From Methylotenera mobilis 13 (GTDB taxonomy: Bacteria > Pseudomonadota > Gammaproteobacteria > Burkholderiales > Methylophilaceae), in assembly GCF_000384255.1 (NCBI RefSeq), contig NZ_KB913035.1:1784808-1848807 (forward strand): 64,000 bases of DNA, in the 5' to 3' direction. The translations under genes and the position numbers were made by a program. The notes under the pieces were generated by a model. The model searched no databases. It worked only from the letters and a program-made list of their open reading frames with translations, and was not told the DNA's origin. This document shows positions 19,010-30,276 of the stretch, piece after piece. Numbering within the stretch: the stretch's first letter is position 1; every line of letters begins with the position of its first letter.

Positions 19010-20044
19010 TCAAATCAGGTCTCGCACCCTCAGTTCAGCCTTAATATAAGCATAATATATTGGTGCTGCTACAATCCCGATCAAACCAAAAGCAGCCTCC
19101 ATACAGAGCATTGCAATCAATAACTCCCATGCGTTGGCACGTATCTGATTACCAACGATACGTGCATTCAAAAAGTACTCAAACTTATGAATAATCACCA
19201 AATAGAGCAATGAACCAAGTGCAACACCAAGAGATTGACTTAAACTCACCACGACAATCACTGCGTTTGAAATCAAATTACCAATCACTGGAATTAAACC
19301 AACCACAAAGGTAATCGCAATCATCGTTTTAACTAAAGGCAAATGCACACCCATCAGCGGTAGCACTACTGCCAAATAAATTGCCGTAAAAAATGTATTA
19401 ATCGCTGAAATGCGTATCTGAGCAAATACCACACGCTTAAAAGCATCACTTAACAAAGCACAGCGCCCATAAAGTGCGCCGGCAAACGGTTTAAAATGTT
19501 CTACCGACACAGCCTCGCGCAAAGCCAGCATCCCACCAACAATCATGCCAATCAAAATATGTGCAGTCACTCGTCCTGCCTCCTTACCCACTACCTGCAG
19601 TTCATCGGCATGTGAACGCAACCAAGTCGTTAACATTTCTTTAAATGTTAGTGCATCAGCAGGTAGGTGCTCTAAGAGTGAGCTTGGCAATATCTTTCTT
19701 GAATCCTCTAATATTTGTGCCATTTTCGCCAACAAGACGGTTAAGCTACCAGCATCGGATCTCAAGAACGCCATTAAACCTGCACCGGCCAATGAAAGTA
19801 AGCTCACAATGATAAACACCAAAATACCCACTGCCCAAAGTTTAGAATAGTTGCTTGGGCGCTTACTAGGAAATTTACGTGAAATATACGGCGTAATCAT
19901 GTGTACCAACTGGTACACCAGTAATCCGGCCATTAATGCGGGCAACAGGCTAAACTTCAGCACACAAAACAAGGCAAGCCCAGTCAATACCCATGCAGAT
20001 ATTTCATAACTACTTACCGCCTGCACCTGCTCTAATTTGGCCAT
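19010..20044 (-). CDS. AI-2E family transporter (PerM/YhhT-like).
   Basis: 344 aa multi-TM protein with a family-typical sequence. Confidence 0.8.
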   Translation of the reverse strand: MAKLEQVQAVSSYEISAWVLTGLALFCVLKFSLLPALMAGLLVYQLVHMITPYISRKFPSKRPSNYSKLWAVGILVFIIVSLLSLAGAGLMAFLRSDAGSLTVLLAKMAQILEDSRKILPSSLLEHLPADALTFKEMLTTWLRSHADELQVVGKEAGRVTAHILIGMIVGGMLALREAVSVEHFKPFAGALYGRCALLSDAFKRVVFAQIRISAINTFFTAIYLAVVLPLMGVHLPLVKTMIAITFVVGLIPVIGNLISNAVIVVVSLSQSLGVALGSLLYLVIIHKFEYFLNARIVGNQIRANAWELLIAMLCMEAAFGLIGIVAAPIYYAYIKAELRVRDLI

Positions 20045-20099
20045 ATTTACCTTAATAATTCATGATAATTTGAAGCTGAACATCAGCAACGATAAGTAA

Positions 20100-20672
20100 T
20101 TAATAATTTTTGAGTGAAAATCTATTGATGAAATCACCGGCATCATTTGCTGGTAACGAAACAATCAAATCTATATGCTCATTGAACGCTTTATCAACAA
20201 TCGCACCATTACACTTTGCTAGCGCTCTCGTCACAAAATCCATTTGATTGTAAGCAATGGTTAGCTTGATTGTTTTCATCTCTACATAATCTGCGACTTT
20301 TGTCTCGTCCAACGCAAGTTTAGCTGTACCGCCATAAGCACGCGCCAAACCACCTGTGCCTAGGTTAATACCACCGTAATATCTAATCACACCAACACAG
20401 ACATTAATCAGGTTGCGACCCTCCAACAGCTTTAACACTGGCATACCGGCAGTACCAGAAGGCTCCCCAGCGTCTGAAAAGCGCTGAACAATCCCTTCTT
20501 CTGTTTTTAGCCTAAAAGCATAAGCCAGATGATGTGCACTTTGGTGCTTGGCAGCAAAAGCACGCAACGCCTGCCCTACCTCTCGCTCAGAAGCACATGA
20601 AACAGCCATGGCAATAAAACGTGATTTTGTGATGGTTTGCTCAGCAAACCCTGCTTGTACAATAATCTGCAA
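20100..20672 (-). CDS. yigZ: IMPACT-family protein YigZ.
   Basis: Motifs KSRFIAMA..DAGEPSGTAGMP..VIRYYGGINLGTGGLARAYGG align with E. coli YigZ. TTG start immediately follows the yjgR TAG in the same frame. Confidence 0.8.
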   Translation of the reverse strand: MQIIVQAGFAEQTITKSRFIAMAVSCASEREVGQALRAFAAKHQSAHHLAYAFRLKTEEGIVQRFSDAGEPSGTAGMPVLKLLEGRNLINVCVGVIRYYGGINLGTGGLARAYGGTAKLALDETKVADYVEMKTIKLTIAYNQMDFVTRALAKCNGAIVDKAFNEHIDLIVSLPANDAGDFINRFSLKNY

Positions 20673-22127
20673 CTACTTACGCCCACCTAAAATACTACCT
20701 AATATGCCACGGATAATTTGCCTACCCAATTGCGAACCAATTGCACGTGCGGCACTTTTCGCAGCGGCCTCCAATATGCCATCAGAGCGGCTAGCGGGTT
20801 CTTTTTTACCTGAAGACTCAGCAAGCTCCGCATCTTCAGCTGCCGTAGCTGCAACTTGCGCCTTTAGAATCTCATAAGCTGACTCACGATCAACCTGTTT
20901 CTCATATACGTTATTTAGAATTGAAGTCCTGATAGACTCTGCCCGTTCTGCATCAGTAGCTGGACCAATACGACTGCCTGGTGGACAAACAAACGTGCGT
21001 TCCACAGGTGTTGGAATCCCTTTTTCATCCAAAAATGAAACAAGTGCCTCACCTACCCCTAGCTCTGTAATCACGCTTTCTACATCTAATTTAGGATTTA
21101 CCCTAAAGGTCGTTGCGGCAGATTTAACCGCTTTCTGGTCCCGTGGCGTAAATGCACGCAAAGCATGTTGAACTCGATTACCTAATTGCCCCAAAACCGC
21201 ATCAGGAATATCAAGCGGATTTTGGCTCACAAAATACACACCAACCCCTTTAGAGCGAATCAGGCGCACGACTTGCTCAATTTTTTCAAGTAACACAGCT
21301 GGGGCATCATTAAATAGCAAATGGGCTTCGTCAAAAAAGAACACTAATTTCGGTTTCTCTAAATCCCCTGCTTCTGGAAGCTTTTCAAATAACTCAGATA
21401 GTAGCCACAATAATAAGGTGGCATAGATACGCGGTGAGTTGAACAGCTTGTCACTCATCAAAATATTAACGACACCTCGCCCCTGCTCATCAGTCTGCAT
21501 TAAATCATCTAAATTAAGGGCGGGCTCACCAAACAACATATCAGCGCCTTGCGTTTCAAGCTGTAACAATGCACGTTGCACTGCACCCACACTTGCCGCA
21601 GAAATATTGCCATACTCAGCTTGATACTGTGTTGAGTTCTCTGAAGCGTGCTGCATCATTGCACGCAAATCCTTCAAATCTAACAGCAACCAACCCTTAT
21701 CATCAGCAATTTTAAAGATTGCGTTCAAAACACCAGCCTGCACATCATTCAAATTCAACAAACGTGCTAATAACAATGGCCCCATTTCTGCGATTGTTGT
21801 ACGAACGGGATGCCCCTTCTCGCCAAACATATCCCAAAATGTAACGGGGCATTTAGCGTAGCTAAAATCAGAAATCGCTAACTGCTGAACTCTAGCTTCC
21901 ACTCGTGCATTACCACCGCCCTGCTGTGACATACCAGACAAATCGCCTTTAACATCCGCCATAAATACTGGCACGCCATTTTTTGAGAACCCCTCAGCCA
22001 GCGTCTGTAGCGTAACGGTTTTACCTGTACCCGTTGCGCCAGCAATCAAGCCATGACGGTTCGCCATTCTAGGCAGAATCACACTAGATATTTCGTTATT
22101 TTTTGCAATTAAAATGGGGTTAGCCAT
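20673..22127 (-). CDS. yjgR: HerA-like (DUF853) P-loop ATPase YjgR.
   Basis: Motif [20 protein letters not shown]. Start trimmed to ATG (MANPILIA..). Confidence 0.8.
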   Translation of the reverse strand: MANPILIAKNNEISSVILPRMANRHGLIAGATGTGKTVTLQTLAEGFSKNGVPVFMADVKGDLSGMSQQGGGNARVEARVQQLAISDFSYAKCPVTFWDMFGEKGHPVRTTIAEMGPLLLARLLNLNDVQAGVLNAIFKIADDKGWLLLDLKDLRAMMQHASENSTQYQAEYGNISAASVGAVQRALLQLETQGADMLFGEPALNLDDLMQTDEQGRGVVNILMSDKLFNSPRIYATLLLWLLSELFEKLPEAGDLEKPKLVFFFDEAHLLFNDAPAVLLEKIEQVVRLIRSKGVGVYFVSQNPLDIPDAVLGQLGNRVQHALRAFTPRDQKAVKSAATTFRVNPKLDVESVITELGVGEALVSFLDEKGIPTPVERTFVCPPGSRIGPATDAERAESIRTSILNNVYEKQVDRESAYEILKAQVAATAAEDAELAESSGKKEPASRSDGILEAAAKSAARAIGSQLGRQIIRGILGSILGGRK

Positions 22128-22190
22128 GAAGTGATTACCTATCAATTAGTCATAAACATTAATAAATACTAGTACAAATACATTTAACGC

Positions 22191-22757
22191 TTAGAAATCA
22201 CCTTTTCTTGCTCTGTCCATGATTTCTAGAAGCTTAGTTTCTAATTCCTGTGCGGATTTTTTTGCACGCACCGTTGGAGATTTAATGCTTTGCAAATCAA
22301 ACGTTGGGCGGTCCATTGCAATATAAAGTTTGAGCTGCTTATGTTCATCTTGCTTTTCGTAAATCGCAATTCTACAAGGTGCAAATACCAAAAACTCAGG
22401 ATGATCTAAAATGATTTCTGTCCCCATGCTCAAATTACAAAACGAGTGCACCTCTTTCACTCCTTGTGGGTCTAGTCCGCGCAATTTCATGTGCTCTCCA
22501 ATAGGAAAGTTCGCTGGATTCACGAAGTTTAATCCTTCTGAAATGCTTTTCAGACTCTCAACGACATCTTGGTAACTTACCCCGGAATTAACTGGTAACT
22601 CATAAATCGCAGTATTAGGATCAATAGCAGGCATGCCTGGCCTGATTTGTCCAACAAGCATCTGCTCTTTTGAAGCTAAGATTGGTTTCGTCACGCTACA
22701 AGCCGCCATCGAAAATACGATTACGCATAAAAAAACAAGGTCAAATCTAATTTTCAT
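22191..22757 (-). CDS. DUF302-domain lipoprotein.
   Basis: Signal peptide plus lipobox (..FSMAACS) and an LPCR-like motif (FAPCRIAIYE). Start trimmed to ATG (MKIRFDL..). Confidence 0.5.
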   Translation of the reverse strand: MKIRFDLVFLCVIVFSMAACSVTKPILASKEQMLVGQIRPGMPAIDPNTAIYELPVNSGVSYQDVVESLKSISEGLNFVNPANFPIGEHMKLRGLDPQGVKEVHSFCNLSMGTEIILDHPEFLVFAPCRIAIYEKQDEHKQLKLYIAMDRPTFDLQSIKSPTVRAKKSAQELETKLLEIMDRARKGDF

Positions 22758-22785
22758 CACATGCATAGCATTCACCCATTTAAAT

Positions 22786-23712
22786 CTAGTCAGTGATTTT
22801 AAGTGCCTGATTCACAGCCTCACGATTGAAATGCGGTGCGATAAGCTCAATAAAACCATACATATAGCCACGTAAAAACGCATCTTTACGCACCCCTAAA
22901 TAAGTCGTGCTATCCGCAAATAGATGATCGACATCAACTTTTGCCAAATGCGCGTCACGCTCAGGATCATAAGCCATATTTGCCAGCAAACCTACCCCCA
23001 AGCCCAATGTCACATAGGTTTTAATCACATCAGCATCAATCGCAGTAAGCACGACATTAGGCGTTAGGCCTGCATCGGAAAAAGTCTTAGAGACGAGCGT
23101 GCCTCCAGTAAATGCGAAGTCATAGGTAATGAGCGGGTAATTAGCTAGTTTTTCTAGCGTCAAAGGCAAATCGCTAAGCAAAGGATGATCGTGCGGCACA
23201 ACAACACAGCGATTCCAATGATAACAAGGTAAGCATAACAAGCTTTCCCTATCACTGATAGACTCAGTGGCGATTCCAATATCAGCCTCTCCATTTTCAA
23301 CCTGCTCAGCTACCTGGCTTGGATTACCCTGATGGATATTGAGCTTAACTCGCGGGTATTCTGTCATAAAGGCTTTAACAGCAGCAGGTAGCTTATAACG
23401 TGCTTGCGTATGCGTTGTAGCAATCGTTAACGTGCCAGCCTCTACATCACTAAACTCCTCCCCTACGCGCTTGATATTCTCAATATCACGCATGACTTTA
23501 TCAGCCAAAGTAATAATTTGCTGGCCTGGCTCAGTCAAACCTGTCAAGCGCTTACCGTTACGTTTAAATATTTGTAATCCAAGCTCTTCTTCTATCAGCT
23601 GAATCTGCTTACTAACACCTGGTTGTGAAGTGTATAAAGCGTCAGCTGCATTGGTAATATTTAACCCTTGCTTCACTACTTCGTGTAAATAACGTAACTG
23701 ATGTAATTTCAT
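22786..23712 (-). CDS. cysB: LysR-family cysteine-regulon activator CysB.
   Basis: 308 aa. The N-terminus MKLHQLRYLHEVV..YTSQPGVSKQI..IATTHTQARY matches CysB. Divergent from the cys operon. Confidence 0.85.
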   Translation of the reverse strand: MKLHQLRYLHEVVKQGLNITNAADALYTSQPGVSKQIQLIEEELGLQIFKRNGKRLTGLTEPGQQIITLADKVMRDIENIKRVGEEFSDVEAGTLTIATTHTQARYKLPAAVKAFMTEYPRVKLNIHQGNPSQVAEQVENGEADIGIATESISDRESLLCLPCYHWNRCVVVPHDHPLLSDLPLTLEKLANYPLITYDFAFTGGTLVSKTFSDAGLTPNVVLTAIDADVIKTYVTLGLGVGLLANMAYDPERDAHLAKVDVDHLFADSTTYLGVRKDAFLRGYMYGFIELIAPHFNREAVNQALKITD

Positions 23713-23899
23713 TAGGAATAATTTCTTTAATAGGATTTCTTAAATAAACTGCAAGTTAATGCTAATATTTTTTATGCTAAGGCATTAGCGCTTATATAAC
23801 CAAATGATATATCCATAGAATAACATATTCTTAAAAAAATTAACTATTCACTGCTATAGTGCGCGACTAAATTAAGTTAGTGAATAACGGATACTCCAC

Positions 23900-24694
23900 A
23901 TGGAATTTGGTTATATTATTTCGGGCTTTGCAGTTGGCCTTCTTGTTGGCGTTACTGGCGTTGGCGGCGGCTCGCTCATGACACCTTTACTTGTGTTTTT
24001 ATTTGGATTTAAAGCATCCGTAGCCGTAGGAACAGACTTGCTTTATGCAGCGATTACCAAGACTGGCGGGGTGTTTGTTCATCACAATACGCACAAATCA
24101 GTAGATTGGCGTGTTGTAGCATGGATGTCATTAGGTAGCTTACCATCTGCCGTAATTACTATCTTTGTGATTAAACATCTCATTCAAATCGAAAAAGATG
24201 TTTCAGGCATTATCACCTTCACATTAGGTGTCGCACTCATCCTAACATCCATTGCATTGATTATTCGTAGCTATATCACCAGAAAAAAAATACGCGAAAT
24301 CGAAGATAGTGTGATTAGTAGTGGTCGTTTTAATAAAATTCAAATCCCAGCAACCATATTTACTGGCATAATACTGGGTGCGCTAGTGACAATCTCTTCA
24401 GTAGGCGCAGGTGCACTTGGCACACTAGCGATACTCTTCCTTTACCCTAAGATGAGCACGCTAAAGGTAGTTGGTACTGATTTAGCACATGCAATCCCGC
24501 TAACCGCGGTTGCTGGGTTTGGTCACTGGACGCTTGGACATGTCAACTTTGAACTGTTAGGCACACTGCTCATCGGATCCTTACCTGGAATATGGGTCGG
24601 TAGCCACTTAAGCGTAAAAATTCCAGAAAAAATATTACGTCTAGTTTTAGCCACGCTCTTATTGGTGATTGGTTTGAAATTCGTTTTAGTTTAA
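23900..24694 (+). CDS. TauE/SafE (TSUP) family anion permease; candidate sulfate/sulfite transporter.
   Basis: 264 aa with two TSUP half-repeats (GVGGGSLMTPLL.. and GAGALGTLAILFL..). First gene of the cys operon. Confidence 0.8.
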   Translation: MEFGYIISGFAVGLLVGVTGVGGGSLMTPLLVFLFGFKASVAVGTDLLYAAITKTGGVFVHHNTHKSVDWRVVAWMSLGSLPSAVITIFVIKHLIQIEKDVSGIITFTLGVALILTSIALIIRSYITRKKIREIEDSVISSGRFNKIQIPATIFTGIILGALVTISSVGAGALGTLAILFLYPKMSTLKVVGTDLAHAIPLTAVAGFGHWTLGHVNFELLGTLLIGSLPGIWVGSHLSVKIPEKILRLVLATLLLVIGLKFVLV

Positions 24695-24726
24695 TTTAAA
24701 AGTTAGTTTAAAAAGCACTATATATT

Positions 24727-26394
24727 ATGTATAAATATGATGAAATAGATCAACAAATTGTTGATGAACGCGTTGCCCAATATCGAGATCAGACTCGCCG
24801 CTATTTGGCTGGTGAACTGTCTGAAGACGAATTCCGTCCGCTACGTCTTCAAAATGGCTTGTATATCCAACGTCAGGCACCAATGCTTCGCATTGCGGTG
24901 CCTTATGGCATGTTATCTAGCGCACAATTGCGCAAACTTGGTGATATTTCAAAAAAATACGACAAAGGCTACGGTCACTTCAGTACACGTCAGAACTTGC
25001 AATTAAACTGGCCAAAACTGGAAGATGTGCCTGAAATTTTGGCGGATTTAGCCACGGTTGAAATGCATGCGATTCAAACGTCAGGTAACTGCATTCGTAA
25101 TATCACGACTGACCAATTTGTAGGCGTTGCGCCTGATGAAGTGATCGACCCACGTGCTATCGCTGAAATCATGCGTCAATGGAGCACATTTCACCCTGAG
25201 TTCGCTTTATTACCACGTAAATTTAAAATTGCAGTGTCTGGTACTAAAAATGACCGTGCATTAGTGCAAGCGCACGATATTGGTATGGAGTTTTACCGCG
25301 ACAGCAACAATCAAGTTGCTATCAAAGTATGGGTTGGCGGTGGCTTAGGCCGCACACCAATTTTGGGTACCGTGATTCGCGAGCATTTAGAGTGGCAACA
25401 CGCCCTCACTTACTGCGAAGCGATTATACGTGTCTATAACTTACATGGCCGTCGTGACAACATCTACAAAGCACGCATTAAGATTTTAGTAAAAGCTTTA
25501 GGTATAGATGAGTTCCGCAAACAAGTGGACGCTGAATGGGCGCACCTTAAAGATACAGACAACACGATTACCGAAGCTGAGCTAGCGCGCGTTGCACAAC
25601 ATTTTGACGCAATGCCTTATGAAAACGTACAAGCTCATGACGCAGGCTTTGATGCGGCAGTTGCTAGCAACCCAGCATTTGCTGCATGGGTGAGGCGTTG
25701 CGTACACCCTCACAAACAAGCAGGTTACCGCGCAGTTACGCTTTCACTTAAACCACATGGTCAAGCACCTGGTGACATTTCATCAGAGCAAATGTGGACA
25801 GTAGCAGACCTAGCCGATGAATATAGCTTTGGCGAACTACGCTCATCTCATGAGCAAAACCTAATATTAGCTGATGTTAAATTAAGCGATTTATTTGCGT
25901 TATGGGAAAAAGCGCGCGCCAATGGTTTAGCAAGCCCTAACATTGGCTTGCTCACAGATATCATTTGCTGCCCAGGTGGCGACTTCTGCTCACTTGCAAA
26001 TGCAAAGAGCATTCCTATCGCTAAAGCGATTCAAATGCAGTTTGATAACTTGGATTATCTGCACGACATTGGTGAGATAGAACTGAATATTTCAGGTTGC
26101 ATGAACGCCTGTGGCCACCATCATGTTGGTCACATTGGTATTCTTGGTGTGGATAAAGATGGCTCTGAATGGTATCAAGTCAGTATCGGTGGCAAACAAG
26201 GTAACGATGCAAGCCTTGGCACTGTGATTGGGCCTTCATTCTCTGCAGATGAAATGCCTGGTGTCGTGCAAAAGTTAATTGAGGTTTACATTCAAGAACG
26301 TACGCCTGAAGAAAGATTTATTGATACTGTGCGTCGCTTGGGCGTTGCCCCATTCAAAGCACATGTCTATGCAAAGAATGAGGTTGCAGCATGA
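24727..26394 (+). CDS. cysI: Assimilatory sulfite reductase hemoprotein (nitrite/sulfite reductase family).
   Basis: 555 aa with siroheme/4Fe-4S Cys clusters (CCPGGDFCSLA.., CMNACGHHHVGHIG). Confidence 0.85.
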   Translation: MYKYDEIDQQIVDERVAQYRDQTRRYLAGELSEDEFRPLRLQNGLYIQRQAPMLRIAVPYGMLSSAQLRKLGDISKKYDKGYGHFSTRQNLQLNWPKLEDVPEILADLATVEMHAIQTSGNCIRNITTDQFVGVAPDEVIDPRAIAEIMRQWSTFHPEFALLPRKFKIAVSGTKNDRALVQAHDIGMEFYRDSNNQVAIKVWVGGGLGRTPILGTVIREHLEWQHALTYCEAIIRVYNLHGRRDNIYKARIKILVKALGIDEFRKQVDAEWAHLKDTDNTITEAELARVAQHFDAMPYENVQAHDAGFDAAVASNPAFAAWVRRCVHPHKQAGYRAVTLSLKPHGQAPGDISSEQMWTVADLADEYSFGELRSSHEQNLILADVKLSDLFALWEKARANGLASPNIGLLTDIICCPGGDFCSLANAKSIPIAKAIQMQFDNLDYLHDIGEIELNISGCMNACGHHHVGHIGILGVDKDGSEWYQVSIGGKQGNDASLGTVIGPSFSADEMPGVVQKLIEVYIQERTPEERFIDTVRRLGVAPFKAHVYAKNEVAA

Positions 26395-27008
26395 GTAATT
26401 TAATTAAACTAAACAATGGCGTTGCTAGCTTAGTAGAAGATGATTGGGCACTCGTTCAGTTACCAGCCACACAAGTAGAAGAGCGTAAACAAGCTGGTAA
26501 AGTTGTTTTATTTAAACTGACTGGTGAAGCGACTGTAACTGAGGCTCAAATTGCCGATACAGTGATTCCAGCAACTGGCAAAATCATTCTGCCTTTAAGC
26601 GTATTTATTGCACGCAACAGCGAAATTAAAGATCGCATTGCACAAGGTGAAATCGGTGTTTGGTTAGCCACACACGAGCTTTTAGAGAATCTGACGCAGC
26701 AACAAACAGACTTAAATGCCCTACCTATTATCGCAATTTTTGTTGAGCGTTTTGCTGATGGCCGTATTTTCTCTTTAGGTAACTTGCTACGTACGCGTTT
26801 TGGCTTTAAAAATGAATTACGTGCATTTGGTGATGTATTACGGGATCAATTATATTTCTTGAAACGTAGTGGCTTTACTAGCTATTTAGTGCGTGCAGAC
26901 CGCTCAGCACAAGAAGCAATTGCCAGCTTAGGTGACTTTACTAAACCATACCAAGGTGCGGTTGATGAGCCACGCCCTGTATTTAAGCGTTATAACAGAG
27001 GCGTATAA
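26391..27008 (+). CDS. DUF934 protein associated with sulfite reductase.
   Basis: 205 aa. Overlaps the cysI stop (ATGA). Conserved position between cysI and cysH in beta-proteobacteria. Confidence 0.7.
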   Translation: MSNLIKLNNGVASLVEDDWALVQLPATQVEERKQAGKVVLFKLTGEATVTEAQIADTVIPATGKIILPLSVFIARNSEIKDRIAQGEIGVWLATHELLENLTQQQTDLNALPIIAIFVERFADGRIFSLGNLLRTRFGFKNELRAFGDVLRDQLYFLKRSGFTSYLVRADRSAQEAIASLGDFTKPYQGAVDEPRPVFKRYNRGV

Positions 27009-27788
27009 ATGACTACGGATGTAGATTTAGGCCAAGTAGTCATGCTAAAGCCTAGCGCCAATAACCCGGCGACTAAACCTACGCTGACAGACGAACTGGT
27101 TGCCAGTGTAAATCAGAAAGCTGCAGAAGTACTCACATTGCTGAGCAATGCTGCGAAAGAGTTTGGCGCAAATGAAGTCACTTTTGCTAATAGTTTTGGT
27201 GCTGAAGATATGGTGTTAACAGACATCATTCAGCGTCAAAAAATTGCGATTGAGATTTTCTCACTGGACACTGGCCGTTTACCTGTTGAAACTTACGACT
27301 TAATTGCTAAAACAGAGCAAACTTACAATACAAAACTTAAAATCTTTTTCCCGCAATCAGATGCGGTAGAAAGCTATGTAAGAACCAATGGTATCAATGC
27401 ATTCTACGAATCTATTGACTTGCGTAAAGCCTGCTGCTTTATGCGCAAGGTAGAGCCTTTACAACGTGCTTTAAAAGGTAAAAAAGCATGGGTCACAGGT
27501 ATGCGTGCTGAGCAATCTACCACACGCGTTAACTTGCCATTCCGTGAGTTTGACAGTGGCAACCAGTTAGAAAAATTCAACCCGCTTAGTAATTGGACTG
27601 AAAAAGAAGTTTGGGCATATATTCGCATGTTTGATGTGCCGTACAACAAACTTCATGACCAGTTCTACCCAAGCATCGGTTGCGCACCATGCACACGTGC
27701 GATTGCGATGGGCGAAGATGTACGAGCTGGTCGCTGGTGGTGGGAAGACCCCAACAGTAAAGAGTGCGGATTACATGTAAAGAAATGA
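27009..27788 (+). CDS. cysH: Adenylyl-sulfate (APS) reductase, thioredoxin-dependent, Fe-S type.
   Basis: 259 aa with the Fe-S ligand pattern CC (KACCFMRK) plus CAPC, and the C-terminal KECGLH. Confidence 0.85.
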   Translation: MTTDVDLGQVVMLKPSANNPATKPTLTDELVASVNQKAAEVLTLLSNAAKEFGANEVTFANSFGAEDMVLTDIIQRQKIAIEIFSLDTGRLPVETYDLIAKTEQTYNTKLKIFFPQSDAVESYVRTNGINAFYESIDLRKACCFMRKVEPLQRALKGKKAWVTGMRAEQSTTRVNLPFREFDSGNQLEKFNPLSNWTEKEVWAYIRMFDVPYNKLHDQFYPSIGCAPCTRAIAMGEDVRAGRWWWEDPNSKECGLHVKK

Positions 27789-27845
27789 TTTTATAGAATT
27801 CTGCTACGTATCAAGTAGTAATTTTGATTTTTGAAACCTAAGAAT

Positions 27846-28778
27846 ATGACAACGACTAAACAACCCTTATCTCATTTAGACTGGCTAGAGTCTGAGGCCA
27901 TTTACATTCTGCGCGAGGTCGCGGGGCAATGTAGCAATCCTGTACTATTATTCTCAGGTGGTAAAGATTCTCTATGTATTTTGCGTTTAGCTGAAAAAGC
28001 TTTTCGCCCAGGTAAATTTCCATTTCCACTCATGCATATTGATACCGGCCACAACTATCAAGAAGTACTGGATTTCCGTGACCAACGTGCAGCAGAGTTA
28101 GGTGAGCGCTTAATCGTACGTTCAGTTGAAGATTCAATGAAACGTGGCACAGTGGTATTGAAATCACCTGATGAGCCGCGCAATAAGCATCAATCTGTGA
28201 CACTGCTAGAGGCCATTGAAGAGTTTGGATTTGACTGCTGTATTGGTGGCGCACGCCGTGATGAAGAAAAAGCACGTGCAAAAGAACGCATTATGAGTTT
28301 CCGTGATGAGTTTGGTCAATGGGATCCGAAAAACCAACGCCCTGAATTATGGAACTTGTATAACGCACGTTCACATAAAGGTGAAAACATCCGTGCCTTC
28401 CCTATTTCTAACTGGACAGAAATGGACGTATGGCAATATATCGAGCGTGAAAAATTAGGTTTACCAAGCATCTATTTCTCTCACAATCGCGACATTATTA
28501 TGCGCGGTGGAGCCATGATGCCAGCAAATGTTCCACTGGCTAACGGCGAAGTGATTAACCAACCTAAAGCAGGTGAAGAAGTCATTAATATGCAAGTTCG
28601 TTTTAGAACTGTAGGTGACATCACCTGCACTGCACCAGTATTGTCTGATGCAGATAACGTAAGCAAAATTGTCATTGAAACTGCGACTACCACCATTACA
28701 GAACGTGGTGCTACCCGCTTAGATGACCAAACCTCAGATGCTTCAATGGAACAACGCAAAAAAGAGGGATATTTCTAA
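27846..28778 (+). CDS. cysD: Sulfate adenylyltransferase subunit 2.
   Basis: PAPS-reductase-fold N-terminus with SGGKDS. Start trimmed to ATG (MTTTKQPLSHL..), matching the E. coli CysD N-terminus. Confidence 0.9.
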   Translation: MTTTKQPLSHLDWLESEAIYILREVAGQCSNPVLLFSGGKDSLCILRLAEKAFRPGKFPFPLMHIDTGHNYQEVLDFRDQRAAELGERLIVRSVEDSMKRGTVVLKSPDEPRNKHQSVTLLEAIEEFGFDCCIGGARRDEEKARAKERIMSFRDEFGQWDPKNQRPELWNLYNARSHKGENIRAFPISNWTEMDVWQYIEREKLGLPSIYFSHNRDIIMRGGAMMPANVPLANGEVINQPKAGEEVINMQVRFRTVGDITCTAPVLSDADNVSKIVIETATTTITERGATRLDDQTSDASMEQRKKEGYF

Positions 28779-28882
28779 AAAATACTATCAAGATATGCAG
28801 ATTAAAGCGGTTGCTAGACGTTTCATCCAATCGCTTAATCAAACATCTTATCTAGCATTTTTGATATTTTGAAAATTTAATT

Positions 28883-30160
28883 ATGACAAATACAACGCAA
28901 AACGACTCACTATTACGCTTTATGACATGCGGTAGCGTAGATGACGGCAAAAGTACCCTGATTGGCCGCTTACTTTACGATACCAAAACTATTCTGGCTG
29001 ATACGCTGACGCAAATTTCAAATACCTCTAAAAAACGTGGCATGGAAGCTGTGGATTTATCACTGCTGACCGACGGTTTACAAGCTGAGCGTGAGCAAGG
29101 CATTACTATTGACGTTGCTTACCGCTATTTCAGCACTGGTACACGTAAATACATTATTGCCGATGCACCAGGTCATGAGCAATACACACGCAATATGGTA
29201 ACCGCAGCGTCAACAGCAAACCTTGCGATTATTTTGATTGATGCACGTAGAGGCGTACTCACGCAAACACGCCGCCATAGCTATTTAGCACACCTTGTGG
29301 GAATTCCACACATTGTGGTAGCTGTTAACAAAATGGACTTGGTTAATTATGACCAAGCTGTTTATGACAAGATTTGTGCAGATTATGCAACCTTCGCGGC
29401 AGAAATTGGCCTAGCTGCAGCGAGAGATATTCGTTTTATTCCAATGTCTGCATTGAACGGCGACATGTTAGTTGATCGTCTGGAAAACATGCCTTGGTAC
29501 ACTGGCGAGACATTGCTTGAAATGTTAGAAAAAGCGCCAGCTGCGCATACAGAACAATCTGAGGCATTCCGCTTCCCTGTTCAATTTGTATGCCGTCCAC
29601 ACGCGTCTGACGACCCTGAGTTACATGATTTCCGCGGATTTATGGGGCGTATCGAGTCTGGTGAAATTGCCGTAGGTGACGCAGTCACTGTTTTGCCAAA
29701 TGGTTACCAATCAAAAGTTAAAGCTATTCAACTCGGTGCTGAGCAATTGCAGTCTGCATCAACAGAACAAAGCGTTACTTTGCTATTAGATGATGAAATC
29801 GACACATCTCGTGGCGATATGATTGTGAAAAGTGCTGAAGCAATTGAACCTGTAAAACAAGTAGAAGCGTTCGTGTGCTGGCTATCAGAAACTCCTTTGT
29901 CTACAGCCAGAACTTACATCATTCGTCACACCACGCGCGAGTCTAAAGCTAAAGTAGGCACGATCAGCTATAAAGTAGATGTCAACACATTAGAGCAACA
30001 AGCGACTAGCGACTTGAAAATGAATGACATTGCACGTATTAGCTTTAAGCTTGCGCAACCGCTGATGATAGACAGCTATAAAAATAACCGAGCTACTGGT
30101 GCCTTCATCATTATTGATGAATCAACAAATAACACGGTTGGTGCAGGGATGATTGTGTAA
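28883..30160 (+). CDS. cysN: Sulfate adenylyltransferase subunit 1 (GTPase), with no CysC fusion.
   Basis: 425 aa with G1 CGSVDDGKST, DAPGHEQY and NKMD motifs. Confidence 0.9.
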   Translation: MTNTTQNDSLLRFMTCGSVDDGKSTLIGRLLYDTKTILADTLTQISNTSKKRGMEAVDLSLLTDGLQAEREQGITIDVAYRYFSTGTRKYIIADAPGHEQYTRNMVTAASTANLAIILIDARRGVLTQTRRHSYLAHLVGIPHIVVAVNKMDLVNYDQAVYDKICADYATFAAEIGLAAARDIRFIPMSALNGDMLVDRLENMPWYTGETLLEMLEKAPAAHTEQSEAFRFPVQFVCRPHASDDPELHDFRGFMGRIESGEIAVGDAVTVLPNGYQSKVKAIQLGAEQLQSASTEQSVTLLLDDEIDTSRGDMIVKSAEAIEPVKQVEAFVCWLSETPLSTARTYIIRHTTRESKAKVGTISYKVDVNTLEQQATSDLKMNDIARISFKLAQPLMIDSYKNNRATGAFIIIDESTNNTVGAGMIV

Positions 30161-30276
30161 ATTCCAACAAAGTTACTATGTACATATACGGTAACTTTAT
30201 AGAATTATTCATCGCAAACTAATAGAATTTCTAATAAAATAACGTTTTAGCTTTTAAGCTGTAAAGGACTTTAAAA

